A DNA stretch of 64,000 nt, taken from an uncultured Gemmatimonadaceae bacterium (lineage in GTDB: Bacteria; Gemmatimonadota; Gemmatimonadetes; Gemmatimonadales; Gemmatimonadaceae). The notes under the pieces are model-generated. The model made no database searches, was not told where the DNA came from, and saw only the letters and a program-made list of their open reading frames with translations. Shown here one piece after another: positions 28,669 to 39,180 of the stretch; position 1 is the stretch's first letter; the number at the start of each line of letters is the position of its first letter. The position numbers and the translations under genes are program-made. The stretch covers positions 437,805 through 501,804 of the forward strand of contig CAYPLP010000001.1 in NCBI GenBank assembly GCA_964411635.1, read 5' to 3'.

Positions 28669-31203
28669 ATGACGGCTCCGAACCAGCGCGAACGAATCCT
28701 GCCGCGGCTCATCGACGAGGAAATCCGGGAATCGTTCATCAACTACTCGATGAGCGTGATCGTGGCGCGGGCGCTGCCGGATGTCCGTGATGGGTTGAAG
28801 CCGGTCCATCGGCGAATCCTGTTCGCGATGAATGATCTCGGCCTCGTGCCGGGTCGGGGCTACAAGAAGTCCGCGACCGTCGTGGGCGACGTGCTCGGCA
28901 AGTATCACCCGCACGGCGATGCATCGGTCTATGATGCGCTGGTCCGCATGGTGCAGGACTTCTCGCTGCGGTACCCGCTGATCGACGGGCAGGGGAACTT
29001 CGGTTCCGTTGATGGCGACCCCGCGGCGGCGTACCGCTACACGGAAGCGCGCCTGACGCCCATCGCCATGGAGATGCTGTCGGACATCGACAAGAACACC
29101 GTCGATTTCGCAGCCAACTTCGATGATCGGCTCACCGAACCCCGCGTCCTTACGGCGGCGATCCCGAATCTGCTCATCAATGGTTCAGCGGGTATCGCCG
29201 TCGGGATGGCGACCAACATTCCGCCGCACAATCTGAGCGAGATAATCGCGGCAACGGTAGCCCTGATCGACAGGCCGGAAACCACGACGGAGGAAATCCG
29301 GAAGCTGGTGACCGGTCCGGATTTCCCGACCGGGGGATTCATCTATGGCCGGGAAGGCATCCGCGATTACCAGGAAACGGGACGCGGAAAAATCGTGATG
29401 CGGGCCCGAGCGGTCATCGAGGAAAAGGAGTCCAGCGGGCGTTCCCAGATAGTCATCACTGAACTCCCCTACCAGGTCAACAAGGCCAACCTCGTCGCGG
29501 ACATTGCCTCCCAGGTACGCGACAAGAAGCTGGACGGCATCAGTGACCTGCGGGACGAATCCGACCGGGACGGAATGCGCGTGGTGATCGAACTCAAGCG
29601 TGATGCCATCCCCCGGGTCGTGATGAATCAGTTGTACAAGCGCACGGCGATGCAGTCCTCGTTTGGTGTCATCATGCTGGCGCTGGTACCGGATGCGCAG
29701 ACGGGTCGACTGATCCCGAAGGTAATGGGACTTCGCGAATGTCTCGAGCACTACATCACCCATCGTCACGAAGTCATCGTCCGCCGAACCCAGTTCGATC
29801 TGGAAAAGGCGCTGGACCGGGAACACATCCTGGAAGGCCTCAAGATCGCGGTCGACAACATAGATGCGGTCATCAAGGTCATCCGGGGAGCTTCGAATCC
29901 GGAAGTCGCCAGCGAGCAGCTTCAGAAGCGCTTCCGGCTCAGTGAACGCCAGGCCGAGGCCATCCTCAACATGCGTCTGGCCCGGCTCACCGCCCTGGAG
30001 ATCGACAAGCTGGAGGAAGAACTGAAGGAAGTACGTGCCACGATCAAGGGACTCAAGGCGCTGCTGGAATCCCGCCCGAAGCGCATGGCCCTGATGAAGT
30101 CGGAGCTGCAGGAGGTTTCCGCGAAGTTCGGTGACGCGCGACGGACCGAAATCACCAGTGATCAGGGAGATTTCACCGTCGAGGACCTGATAGCCGAGGA
30201 GGACATGGTGGTAACCGTGTCACACTCCGGTTACATCAAGCGCACCTCGGTCACCACCTACCGCCGTCAGCGGCGGGGCGGAAAGGGACTCACCGGGGCG
30301 GAGCTGCGCGACGAGGACTTCATCGAGCGCCTCTACGTGGGCTCGACCCACGACTACATCCTCGTGTTCACCAACGATGGTCGTTGCTACTGGCTCAAGG
30401 TCTACGAGATTCCGCAGGCAGGGCGTGCCACCAAGGGGAAACCCATCGTCAACCTGATCAATGTGTCCCCGGCCACACAGATCCAGGCGATGGTCTTCGT
30501 GCGGGAGTTCAAGGAAGACGAGTTCCTGCTCTTCTGCACCCGGAATGGCACCGTGAAGAAGACGCGACTTTCCGAGTATGGAAACGTGCGGTCCACCGGA
30601 ATCAAGGCGATCAAGATCGACGAAAGTGATGAACTGATCGATGTCGCCGTGACGTCGGGGAACAACGACATCGTGATCGCGACGCAGCACGGGCTCTCGA
30701 TCCGGTTCCACGAGTCCGACGTACGGGAGATGGGCCGCGATACCACCGGTGTGAAAGGCGTGGATCTCGCCAACGGAGATCGTGTGGTGGGGATGGTCGT
30801 CATCAAGCGCGACGCCACGCTTCTGTGCGTCACGGAGAAGGGGCTGGGGAAGTGCACCCACATCGATGAGTATCGGGTGCAGAAACGCGGCGGGAAGGGG
30901 ATTCTCACCGTGAATCGCACCGACAGGACCGGGGACGTGGTAACCCTGATGGAAGTCCTGCCCGAAGACGAGATAATGATCATCACGCGGGGCGGGATGA
31001 TAATCCGGTCACCGGTATCACAGGTGCGTGTGGCTGGACGTGCGACCCAGGGTGTGAGGCTTGTCAATCTCGACGAAGCCGACGCTGTGACGGCGGTTGC
31101 GCGCGTGATTCCCGAGGATGACAGGGATACCAGCGAAGCTGGAAACGGTGACGAGCCGGAGACTCCCGACACGCCGGAGCTGGCGTTGGAGGACCAGGAG
31201 TAG
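28669..31203 (+). CDS. gyrA: DNA gyrase subunit A
   Basis: The active-site region ([24 protein letters not shown]), the QRDR, and the GyrA-box QRRGGKG in the C-terminal domain are present. The tail is acidic. Confidence 0.9.
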   Translation: MTAPNQRERILPRLIDEEIRESFINYSMSVIVARALPDVRDGLKPVHRRILFAMNDLGLVPGRGYKKSATVVGDVLGKYHPHGDASVYDALVRMVQDFSLRYPLIDGQGNFGSVDGDPAAAYRYTEARLTPIAMEMLSDIDKNTVDFAANFDDRLTEPRVLTAAIPNLLINGSAGIAVGMATNIPPHNLSEIIAATVALIDRPETTTEEIRKLVTGPDFPTGGFIYGREGIRDYQETGRGKIVMRARAVIEEKESSGRSQIVITELPYQVNKANLVADIASQVRDKKLDGISDLRDESDRDGMRVVIELKRDAIPRVVMNQLYKRTAMQSSFGVIMLALVPDAQTGRLIPKVMGLRECLEHYITHRHEVIVRRTQFDLEKALDREHILEGLKIAVDNIDAVIKVIRGASNPEVASEQLQKRFRLSERQAEAILNMRLARLTALEIDKLEEELKEVRATIKGLKALLESRPKRMALMKSELQEVSAKFGDARRTEITSDQGDFTVEDLIAEEDMVVTVSHSGYIKRTSVTTYRRQRRGGKGLTGAELRDEDFIERLYVGSTHDYILVFTNDGRCYWLKVYEIPQAGRATKGKPIVNLINVSPATQIQAMVFVREFKEDEFLLFCTRNGTVKKTRLSEYGNVRSTGIKAIKIDESDELIDVAVTSGNNDIVIATQHGLSIRFHESDVREMGRDTTGVKGVDLANGDRVVGMVVIKRDATLLCVTEKGLGKCTHIDEYRVQKRGGKGILTVNRTDRTGDVVTLMEVLPEDEIMIITRGGMIIRSPVSQVRVAGRATQGVRLVNLDEADAVTAVARVIPEDDRDTSEAGNGDEPETPDTPELALEDQE

Positions 31204-31238
31204 GTGCCCCCGCGCCCGGATCCGGGCGCGGGGGCACC
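31203..31238. repeat. Perfect 36-bp palindrome (18+18 inverted repeat, GGATCC centre) between convergent gyrA and flotillin genes
   Basis: ggtgcccccgcgcccgga|tccgggcgcgggggcacc. There is no U-tract on either side. Confidence 0.7.
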
Positions 31239-31246
31239 ATCACGCA

Positions 31247-32755
31247 TCAACCCTTCACGCGTTTCGCTTCGCCGTCGGTTGCGTCTGTCTGACCGGAGAC
31301 CCGCTTCACGATGCGCTCCAGATCCAGACCGAGGGTGCCAGCCACCTGCTCCAGCGCAGCGATGGATGCATTCACCTTCTGCGTCGTCGCGTTGGCAAGC
31401 GCCTGCCCGGTGCCACTGTCCACCACCGTCATTCGCTGCACCTCGACACCCTTCATGGCATCCACGGTGACGTTCAGCATGGCAGGGAGCTTTTCCGCCA
31501 GGAATACCTGAAGTCCTGTGTCACCCGCCTGCTGGATCTGCGCGTAGAGCATCCGCAGCACCTCCGCCTGAGCCTTGCCCTGCTCGAAGATGGGTGCCGC
31601 GAGCGCCTTCGCCTGGGCTTCCGCGGCCACGCGCTGTGCCTCGGCGGGTTGAACCACATCAGCCAGCAGGCGGGTCTTCTCCATCTCCACCCGCTGAACC
31701 TCCATTTCAGTCTTGGCCACGGTCTCCGCCTTGAGCGCTGCCACCCGGGCCACCCGTTCCGTCGTTTCGGCCTCGCGACCGAGTTCGGCCTGACGCACAC
31801 GCAGTGCGTTGCGCGCTTCGGCGATCTTGACATCTGCTTCAGCGGCCGCGACGTCGGAGACCTGGCGCGACAGTGCCTGCTGCTGCTTGATTTCGGCCTC
31901 GGCGTTGGCTTCCGCGATCATGGCGAGCTGCCTGACCGCAGCCTGTCGCTGCTGGATCTGCGACGCGGCTTCAGCATCGGCGACTTCGGCCAGTTGCCGG
32001 GCTGCTGCCTGACGCTGCTTTGTCTCCGCCTCGTTCTCCGCCTGGGCAACCTCGGCAAGCTTTTTCGCCTCGGCCTGCTTCTGTCGGGTCTCGGCGATCG
32101 CTGTTGCCTTGGCTATCTCCGCGTCGCGAAGTGCTTCCGCGGTGCGCTTCTCACCGATGGCAGCCAGGTATCCGACCCTGTCCGCGACGTGCTGAATCTT
32201 CAGGACGTCAAGCTGAAGTCCGAGCTTCTTCAGATCGTGGTCCGCCTCGTCCGACAGGTGCTTCGCAAAGCCGAGTCGGTCCTCGTTTACCTCTTCCGGG
32301 GTGAGCTTGGCGAGTACGCCGCGCAGGTTTCCCGTGAGCGTCTCGCGTGCGAGGGCCTCGATCTCGCCAATGTTCTTCCCCAGCAAACGCTCCACCGCAT
32401 TGTTGAATACCGTTTCCGGGTCCGATGCAATCTTTACGTTGGCGATGGCCTTCACCGTCAGGGGAATGTTCCCTTTGGAAAAGGCGTCCTCCACCGACAG
32501 CTCCAGCGGAATCGTCGACAGGGAGAGCCAGTTCACCTGCTCTATGATGGGGATCCTCATGGTGCGGCCGCCCATGACGGTCCGATAGCCGACGGTATGG
32601 CCTTCGGGGGCAATGCGCTTTCGCCCCGTGATCACCGCCGCGATGTTCGGTGGAACGATGACCACGAGTTTCCTGATGGTCAGGATCACCAACAGGATCA
32701 GAGCGAGGACCACGCCCCCCGCAACGAGTCCCAGTTGGGAAAGCAGATTCTGCAT
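31247..32755 (-). CDS. Flotillin-like SPFH/band-7 protein
   Basis: It has an N-terminal TM helix and an SPFH domain. A long Ala/Glu/Gln-rich coiled coil with AEAxxxQ repeats is typical of flotillin (YqiK/FloA). Confidence 0.85.
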   Translation of the reverse strand: MQNLLSQLGLVAGGVVLALILLVILTIRKLVVIVPPNIAAVITGRKRIAPEGHTVGYRTVMGGRTMRIPIIEQVNWLSLSTIPLELSVEDAFSKGNIPLTVKAIANVKIASDPETVFNNAVERLLGKNIGEIEALARETLTGNLRGVLAKLTPEEVNEDRLGFAKHLSDEADHDLKKLGLQLDVLKIQHVADRVGYLAAIGEKRTAEALRDAEIAKATAIAETRQKQAEAKKLAEVAQAENEAETKQRQAAARQLAEVADAEAASQIQQRQAAVRQLAMIAEANAEAEIKQQQALSRQVSDVAAAEADVKIAEARNALRVRQAELGREAETTERVARVAALKAETVAKTEMEVQRVEMEKTRLLADVVQPAEAQRVAAEAQAKALAAPIFEQGKAQAEVLRMLYAQIQQAGDTGLQVFLAEKLPAMLNVTVDAMKGVEVQRMTVVDSGTGQALANATTQKVNASIAALEQVAGTLGLDLERIVKRVSGQTDATDGEAKRVKG

Positions 32756-32761
32756 GTTTCG

Positions 32762-33403
32762 TCACGCCTCCGGGTTGAAGTCCTGGCGTGTGACCGACGG
32801 CGTTTCACCGTGGCCCTGCCGCCGGGACTGTTCTGGTTCGGGATCAGTCAGCATTGATTCTCCTGGGGCAACCAGGGCGACACCATCCCGGACGTCGATG
32901 ACCATTACCTGCGTCCATTGCTCGGGGTGTTCCGCGGAGGCATCAAAGGGTCGGGCCAGTAGCTCCAGGGTCCGCCCCGCTCGCACCGCCTGGATCTTGC
33001 CCGTTCCGGAAGGCAGGATGGGCAGGATGATTTCCGCGGTCGCACCTATCCATGTCTCCTCGCCCGGCAGGGCGCCGGATTCGGAGCGTCGCAGCCAGCC
33101 GAATGCCAGGACGCTGATGGCGGCGCCGACGATTCCGAGAGTGGCAGCGAGGCCGCCGATCAGAAGGCCGTGCGCGCCCTTCCAGAGCCAGGTGAGGAGT
33201 ACGCCGCTTACACCGAACGCGAAGAGTCCGTAGGTGGCGGTGCGCAGTGACAGCAGCCGGAAGGTGTCGCCATCGTGGTGGCCCGGATCGGTTCCGGCTG
33301 CGTCGTGCAGATCCCCGTGATCGCCACCGGTGAGGTCAGCTGCGACGGAAAAGAGATACATTCCGACGCCCACCACCGTGGCGAACCAGTAGAGACCATT
33401 CAT
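32762..33403 (-). CDS. NfeD-like membrane protein (flotillin partner)
   Basis: Two or three TM helices are followed by a C-terminal OB-fold-like segment. It is adjacent to the flotillin gene on the same strand. Confidence 0.7.
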   Translation of the reverse strand: MNGLYWFATVVGVGMYLFSVAADLTGGDHGDLHDAAGTDPGHHDGDTFRLLSLRTATYGLFAFGVSGVLLTWLWKGAHGLLIGGLAATLGIVGAAISVLAFGWLRRSESGALPGEETWIGATAEIILPILPSGTGKIQAVRAGRTLELLARPFDASAEHPEQWTQVMVIDVRDGVALVAPGESMLTDPEPEQSRRQGHGETPSVTRQDFNPEA

Positions 33404-33916
33404 CCGGGATCGGTGCAGGGGAGATCGCGGTTCGGCGGCCAGCATTCCGGGTGCTGCTGGCGGTTTGTTACGAACCGGCGAGGTGGAGAATATCGCGTGC
33501 CTTTCCGGTGCCTACAAGACGCGAACGCCGTGGTGGCAGGACTTCCCGTCAAGGAAGCCATCGGCTGAGGACCGGATGAAGGTTTCCTGCAGGTTTCGTT
33601 ACATGCTGCGACAGGGGCGCACCATTTCCCTCTGAGTCCCGGCAGCGTTGTGGTCGGGGTGCATGATGTACGCAAACCACAACAGGAGCGGGTCCGCTGC
33701 AGCCCGGAACGGGTAACCGGTTCCAGCCGACCTGAACGCCGGCGACCGGAAGGTCCGTGTGGCTCCCTGATGCGGATGAAAGTGCTTGTTATCCCTCAAC
33801 TTGAGAATGGTAACCGGACCACGGCAGTTCCCGGGATGGAAGGCGGGACGGAGCGCACAAACGTCGGTCTCCGCGGCCACTAAATTGCTCAGTGTGATTC
33901 CCGGGCACGTCGACGC

Positions 33917-34924
33917 ATGCCCGAAGCAACTCCACACCAGACGACTCTTCTCGTGTCTGTCCCACGCACTGAACTGGTTCCGGTATCGGCTTTTCGTGAC
34001 GCTGCCAGCGTTCTGAGGAACGTTGCGGTACGGACACCGCTGTTGCGGGCGGATTCTCTGACCGAGAGTCTGGGAGTGCCGGTCCACCTCAAGCCGGAGA
34101 TGCTGCAGCGAGGGGGAGCCTTCAAGTTCCGGGGCGCCTACACCTTTCTTTCATCGGTTCCGGCGGCGTCACGGTCGCGCGGGGTGATTGCGCCGAGTTC
34201 CGGCAACCACGCTCAGGCAGTGGCGTTGGCAGCCAGGCTGTTTGGTGTGTCGTGCACCGTGGTCATGCCTACGACGGTTACCGATGCGAAGCGCTCCGGT
34301 GTCGAACGGCTGGGTGCTCGGGTGGTACTGGCCGGCACGACCACGAAGGATCGCATGGACCGTGCGAGTGAGATGGTCCGGGACGAGAATCTCGTAATGG
34401 TACCGCCGTTCGACGATACTGTGATCATAGCGGGGCAGGGCACCGTGGGGCTGGAGATCGTGGACGATCTGGATGAGGTGGGCACGGTGCTGGTTCCGGT
34501 TGGAGGAGGTGGGCTGAGTGCGGGTGTTGCTGCCGCGGTCAAGCAACTGCGTCCCCGGGCGCGCGTGATCGGCGTGGAACCAGCGGGGGCACCGAAGCTG
34601 ACCGCGGCCAGAAAGGCAGGAGCGCCGGTCACGCTTCAGGGAACGCGCAGCATAGCGGACGGCCTGATGTCCATTTGTGTGGGGAACCGGCCCTTTGCCC
34701 ATCATCAGGCGTTTCTGGACGACGTGGTTGTGGTGGAGGACGATGCCATGGTACGGGCGATGCGTTTTCTGCTGGACCGTTGCAAGCTGGTCGCCGAGCC
34801 CAGTGGTGCCATTACACTGGCGGCACTGCTCGATGGGCTGGTGACGCCCCGGGGCGCGACCGTGGTTGTGCTCAGTGGGGGCAATATCGAATGGTCCGGT
34901 CTTCAGGCCCTCCTGAATGCCTAA
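33917..34924 (+). CDS. PLP-dependent threonine/serine dehydratase (threonine ammonia-lyase, catabolic-length)
   Basis: The PLP-lysine motif (GGAFKFRGA) and the glycine-rich loop (SSGNHAQAVA) are present. There is no C-terminal ACT regulatory domain. Confidence 0.8.
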   Translation: MPEATPHQTTLLVSVPRTELVPVSAFRDAASVLRNVAVRTPLLRADSLTESLGVPVHLKPEMLQRGGAFKFRGAYTFLSSVPAASRSRGVIAPSSGNHAQAVALAARLFGVSCTVVMPTTVTDAKRSGVERLGARVVLAGTTTKDRMDRASEMVRDENLVMVPPFDDTVIIAGQGTVGLEIVDDLDEVGTVLVPVGGGGLSAGVAAAVKQLRPRARVIGVEPAGAPKLTAARKAGAPVTLQGTRSIADGLMSICVGNRPFAHHQAFLDDVVVVEDDAMVRAMRFLLDRCKLVAEPSGAITLAALLDGLVTPRGATVVVLSGGNIEWSGLQALLNA

Positions 34925-36389
34925 CGCACACATTCTCGTCGCCGACGATGACGCGGCGCTGGTGGCCACGCTTGCCTGGGTGCTTCGCGAGCACGACTAC
35001 GAGGTTACCGCCACGCATGACGGTAACCGTGTCATCCAGTTGTTGAGCGAGCGGACTCCGGATGTGGTTCTGCTGGACATGATGTTCGCGGACATCGACG
35101 GCTCGGATGTTCTGGAGCAGATCAAGGCGGATGATCGTTGGCGCGACCTGCCCGTTCTCATGATTTCGTCGCTCCCCGTGGAGGAAGCGGCGGTGCGTAC
35201 GCTGGGGATGGGGGCGGCCGATTATGTCCGGAAGCCCTTTCGCCTGCGTGAACTGCTGGCGCGGATACAGGCCCAGCTGCGGATGCGGGCCATTCTTCGC
35301 TCGGCCAGGGAGTCGCTGCGCGAGACGCGGGAGGCGCTGCACCGTGTGCAGGAGGAGGCGGAGCAGCGACGTCAGCTGATGGACATCCTGCGTGATGTAA
35401 CGGATGAGCTGTCCGGAGGGGAGATCCATCACATAATGGCGCGTCGCGTCGCCCGGGCGCTTGGTCTGAGTCAGTGCAGCGTGGTGCTGGCTGGGGCGGG
35501 CCGGATTCCCCGTATTGCAGCGACGGCGTACGAGACCGATGTGAGCCGCGATTTCGTGCTGGATCTGGAGAAGTATCCGGAGCTGCAGACAGCGCTGGAC
35601 ACCGGACGTCCGGTGCTGGTGGAGAGCGTCATGGACAGTCCGTTGTACCGGCACGTGAGGGAACGCTGGCAGATGGAGGGCGTGCAGGTACCGACCGGCT
35701 CGGTCATCGCGATTCCGTTCGCCATGGACGCTGATCAAGCTGGTGTCTTCTTCCTGCGCAGGAACCAGTCAGAGCGTCCCCTCGGCGCGGCCGACATGGA
35801 GTTCGCGGAGACCGTCGTGCGCGCGGCGGTGGCCGCGGTCCAGCGTACCCGGCTGATTGAATCTGCCAGAGCGGACAACCAGCGACTCGAGGCGCTGGCG
35901 CAGACGGATCCGCTGACCGGGGCACTGAATCGGCGCGCGTTGATGGATCGGCTGGCGGCGGAGATGGAGCGCGTTCGCCGCTACAACACCATGGTGTCAC
36001 TCCTGCTGATCGATATCGATCACTTCAAGAGTGTCAACGATACATATGGCCACCTGGTGGGCGATGATGTCCTCGTGGAGGTGGCCGGCCTGCTGCAACG
36101 GGTGGTTCGTTCCGTGGATATGGTTTCCCGCTACGGGGGTGAGGAATTCGTGATCGTGCTGCCCGAAACCGGCGGTCCCGGCGCGGAGGCTTTCGCGGAA
36201 CGGTTGAGGGAGCTCATCGAGGGACACACGGTGGCGCAGGCGAATGGTCTGCCCGTCAGGGTGACCACCAGCACGGGCGTTTCGACCTTTCCCTCTTTCG
36301 GCGTGGATTCGATGGAGGATCTGCTGCTCGCTGCTGACCAGGCACTCTACCGCGCCAAGTCCGACGGACGGAATCGGGTGCGGCTATAG
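34917..36389 (+). CDS. Response regulator receiver - GAF - GGDEF diguanylate cyclase
   Basis: The receiver domain has a phospho-acceptor Asp (DVVLLDMMFADIDG). A GAF-like middle domain follows. The GGEEF active site with an RxxD I-site-like region is upstream. Confidence 0.85.
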   Translation: MPNAHILVADDDAALVATLAWVLREHDYEVTATHDGNRVIQLLSERTPDVVLLDMMFADIDGSDVLEQIKADDRWRDLPVLMISSLPVEEAAVRTLGMGAADYVRKPFRLRELLARIQAQLRMRAILRSARESLRETREALHRVQEEAEQRRQLMDILRDVTDELSGGEIHHIMARRVARALGLSQCSVVLAGAGRIPRIAATAYETDVSRDFVLDLEKYPELQTALDTGRPVLVESVMDSPLYRHVRERWQMEGVQVPTGSVIAIPFAMDADQAGVFFLRRNQSERPLGAADMEFAETVVRAAVAAVQRTRLIESARADNQRLEALAQTDPLTGALNRRALMDRLAAEMERVRRYNTMVSLLLIDIDHFKSVNDTYGHLVGDDVLVEVAGLLQRVVRSVDMVSRYGGEEFVIVLPETGGPGAEAFAERLRELIEGHTVAQANGLPVRVTTSTGVSTFPSFGVDSMEDLLLAADQALYRAKSDGRNRVRL

Positions 36390-36404
36390 CTTCTGGGCGA
36401 CGGT

Positions 36405-37907
36405 TCAGGGACGGTCGAATGCCGCGAGTGCCGCGCCCATCTGGTCGATGGTGGCGCGTGCGTTCCAGCGGTCGCTTCCGTTGTACACGAAGGCGAACGC
36501 GAGCAGTTCTCCCGATCGGGAATTGACGTATCCGCTGAGCGCCACGACGTCGTTGGTGGTTCCGGTCTTGGCGTGCAGGTTTCCCTGAGCCGCGGTTCGG
36601 CGCATGCGGGAGCGAAGCGTCTCTTCCTTGCCGGCAATGGGCAGCGATTCGTGGAACTGCTGCGACCAGGGGGCGCGGTTGGCAAATGCCAGGAGTTTCA
36701 CGAGCGACCGCGCGGTGACGCGATCCAACGTGGAGAGTCCGCTGCCGTCGGCGGCGAACACTTCCTGCGGCGCCGCCCCCACGCGCAGGAGGAGGAAGTC
36801 ACGCAGCACGGCGTTCCCCAGTGCAGCGGTGCCGATCCCTGCGGGGTTGGCCTCCCGGGCCACGTTGCGGAATATCAGTTCCGCCATGTGGTTGATGCTT
36901 TCGCCGTTCATCACTTCGGCGAGTTCGGAGAGCGGTGGAGATGCCAGCGTGGTGACCTCGACGGCTTCCTCGGGCGTTTCACCCAGCCGGGCGCCACCGG
37001 TGATCGTGATGCCAGCCTCCTGAAGAGCCCGCGCAAAGGCACCGGTGGCGAAGCGGGCAGGGTCGGGAACGACAACGACGTAAACCTGCGGTTCGGAGGA
37101 ACGACCGATCCAGCCGCGGACATTGATGGTACCGTCCTCCAGGCCGGAGACGGTGATCGATGTTCGCTTGCTTCCCGCCCGAGTCGTTGCCCGGTTGGAG
37201 ACGGCAATGGACGTGCTGGCTGGTTCCAGTCGGATGGCGGGAGCCTTGCCGGACGCCGCCGGTGTCACCACGACATGAACGATGTTTTCATTCAGGGACA
37301 GAGCGGACACCGGAGCGGCATAGGAAGCATTCAGATAGCGCTGTAGCCAGCCATCGGGCACGAGTTTGTGCTCAAATGCCCCGTCGTCCCCGATGACGTC
37401 TCCTTCGATACGGTGAATCCCCGTTTCGGCCACCTGCCGGGCCAGGGTCCGCATGGGGGCGTTGCCATCTCCGTGGAAGAAGCGGCGGGACAGGGAGGGA
37501 TCTCCACCACCCCGCAGGATCAGGTTGCCCTGCAGAACGCCGTCGTCCACGACTCCGTCACGATAGACGGTGGTGCTGAAACGGAAGTTCGGCCCCAGCT
37601 GGTCGAACGCCAGTGCGGTGGTGTAGAGCTTGAGTGTGGAGGCCGGACTGAGGCTGGTGCCGGCGTTTCGGGCGAAGAGTGTGTCACCACGTGTAAGGGA
37701 GACGACCATGGCACCCCAGCTTCCATTGCGCACCTTGGCATTGATCAGCGTGCCCAGGCGCTCGGACAGCGGATCCACGCTCTTGGTCCCGACGGTTGCC
37801 ACGCCGTCGTCGTTGGGCGCCTGTCCTGCAGCGGGTACGACATGGAGAGTCGTGCCCAGTGCCAGACTGGAGGCCAGCAGGCGGAGTTGACGTTGGAGAT
37901 GACTCAT
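36405..37907 (-). CDS. D-alanyl-D-alanine carboxypeptidase/endopeptidase (PBP4, peptidase S13)
   Basis: The PBP4 family motifs include STLKLYT (Ser-x-x-Lys). It has a signal peptide. Confidence 0.8.
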   Translation of the reverse strand: MSHLQRQLRLLASSLALGTTLHVVPAAGQAPNDDGVATVGTKSVDPLSERLGTLINAKVRNGSWGAMVVSLTRGDTLFARNAGTSLSPASTLKLYTTALAFDQLGPNFRFSTTVYRDGVVDDGVLQGNLILRGGGDPSLSRRFFHGDGNAPMRTLARQVAETGIHRIEGDVIGDDGAFEHKLVPDGWLQRYLNASYAAPVSALSLNENIVHVVVTPAASGKAPAIRLEPASTSIAVSNRATTRAGSKRTSITVSGLEDGTINVRGWIGRSSEPQVYVVVVPDPARFATGAFARALQEAGITITGGARLGETPEEAVEVTTLASPPLSELAEVMNGESINHMAELIFRNVAREANPAGIGTAALGNAVLRDFLLLRVGAAPQEVFAADGSGLSTLDRVTARSLVKLLAFANRAPWSQQFHESLPIAGKEETLRSRMRRTAAQGNLHAKTGTTNDVVALSGYVNSRSGELLAFAFVYNGSDRWNARATIDQMGAALAAFDRP

Positions 37908-38026
37908 CAGGGATTCACGGCGGTCTCATGACCGGGCCGGTGGTCGTCAGGCATGCCCGGCGGGGGTCACTTTCCCAAAGTATGCCCCTGTTCCGGATGA
38001 CGAAAGCCGATATTGCGGGGCAACGC

Positions 38027-38060
38027 AAAAAGGGGCGGCGGCACCATGTGCCGCCGCCCC
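38027..38060 (-). terminator. Rho-independent terminator of the cta operon (13-bp perfect GC stem, 3-nt loop, U5 on minus strand)
   Basis: ggggcggcggcac-cat-gtgccgccgcccc. The plus-strand A-run on the 5' side gives a U-tract on the minus transcript. Confidence 0.75.
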
Positions 38061-38080
38061 CCGGGATGGCCCGGTTGCGC

Positions 38081-38419
38081 TCAGTTGAGACTGCGATTCC
38101 CTACGTGGGCCAGGAGGAAGAAGAGGCCGATGAGAGTGGCGATGGCGATGATGAGGGGCCCGGTGAACAGGGGTCGAAAGAGCCGGTGGTCGTACCTGAG
38201 GTGCATGTAGAAGAGGACCACGATGGTGAACTTCACCGCTGACATCAGGAGGAGAAGGGGTACGAAGAACGAGCTGGCCACCAGGGTCGGGATGTAGTAG
38301 GCCCAGACCTCCAGTACCGTGATTACGGTGAGAATGAGAGCCACCCACTTGTACTGCTTCCAGGTGGGATGCGAGTGGGCGTGGTCGGGGTTCGCCAGCT
38401 CGGCGTTATGATCGGCCAT
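38081..38419 (-). CDS. ctaF: Cytochrome c oxidase subunit IV (prokaryotic caa3-type)
   Basis: It is a small protein with 3 TM helices (WKQYKWVALILTV...) placed downstream of ctaE. Confidence 0.75.
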   Translation of the reverse strand: MADHNAELANPDHAHSHPTWKQYKWVALILTVITVLEVWAYYIPTLVASSFFVPLLLLMSAVKFTIVVLFYMHLRYDHRLFRPLFTGPLIIAIATLIGLFFLLAHVGNRSLN

Positions 38420-38429
38420 GAGGGCTCCG

Positions 38430-39116
38430 CTACTTGATCAGGTAGACGAGGGTGAAGATCGCGATCCAGACGACATCCACGAAGTGCCAGTACAGGGCGG
38501 CGATGTCCACCCATATGGCGTCCTTGGGCTGCAATCCGCGTTTCATGTCGATGGCCAGCAGGGTTCCCAGCCAGATGACTCCCGCGGTGACGTGGGCACC
38601 GTGGAAACCCGTGAGGGTGAAGAAGGAAGACCCGAACAGGTTCCGTTTGATGGTCAACCCCTCATGCACGAATGAGGTGAACTCATACGCCTGGAAGCCC
38701 AGAAAGGCGGCTCCCAAGAGGCAGGTCATCAGCAGCCAGAAACGTGACGAGGTGAGGAAGTAATTCCCCAGGCTGCTCCTGGCACCGGACGGTTTCCCCC
38801 GGTTTTCCACTGCCGCGAGGGCCATGACCATGGCCAGCGAGGACATCAGCAGGACGAAGGTGGAGACCGAAGTGACCGGGATGTCGAGTATGGCCCTCAT
38901 CTGCTGACCGGTCTGCGGGTTCAGCCAGGTCTCATGGGGTAGCGGGCCAACCACGCTTTTCCCCTTGTAGATGAGGTAGGTCGAGATCAGGGAGGCGAAG
39001 AGCATGCACTCCGATCCGATGAATATCCAGATCGCGACTTTCCGGTTGTCCAGACCGGTGGTCGTGTAGTGGTGGCCAGGCGATGCAGCCAGTGTCTTTG
39101 CGGCGACTTGGGACAT
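38430..39116 (-). CDS. ctaE: Cytochrome c oxidase subunit III
   Basis: COX3 motifs are present (TGFHGAHV..G; YWHFVDVVW). Confidence 0.9.
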   Translation of the reverse strand: MSQVAAKTLAASPGHHYTTTGLDNRKVAIWIFIGSECMLFASLISTYLIYKGKSVVGPLPHETWLNPQTGQQMRAILDIPVTSVSTFVLLMSSLAMVMALAAVENRGKPSGARSSLGNYFLTSSRFWLLMTCLLGAAFLGFQAYEFTSFVHEGLTIKRNLFGSSFFTLTGFHGAHVTAGVIWLGTLLAIDMKRGLQPKDAIWVDIAALYWHFVDVVWIAIFTLVYLIK

Positions 39117-39180
39117 TCTGTGCGGGTCGAGGGAAGAGCGTTTCGTGAGGTGACTGCGGAATGCCGGGTTATGGACCTGC

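Noticed and set aside
33599-34087. 162-aa minus-strand ORF in the intergenic region before the threonine dehydratase
   Set aside because: Its composition is Cys/Arg/His-rich and non-protein-like. It overlaps the dehydratase N-terminus. I kept the region as a candidate non-coding element instead.
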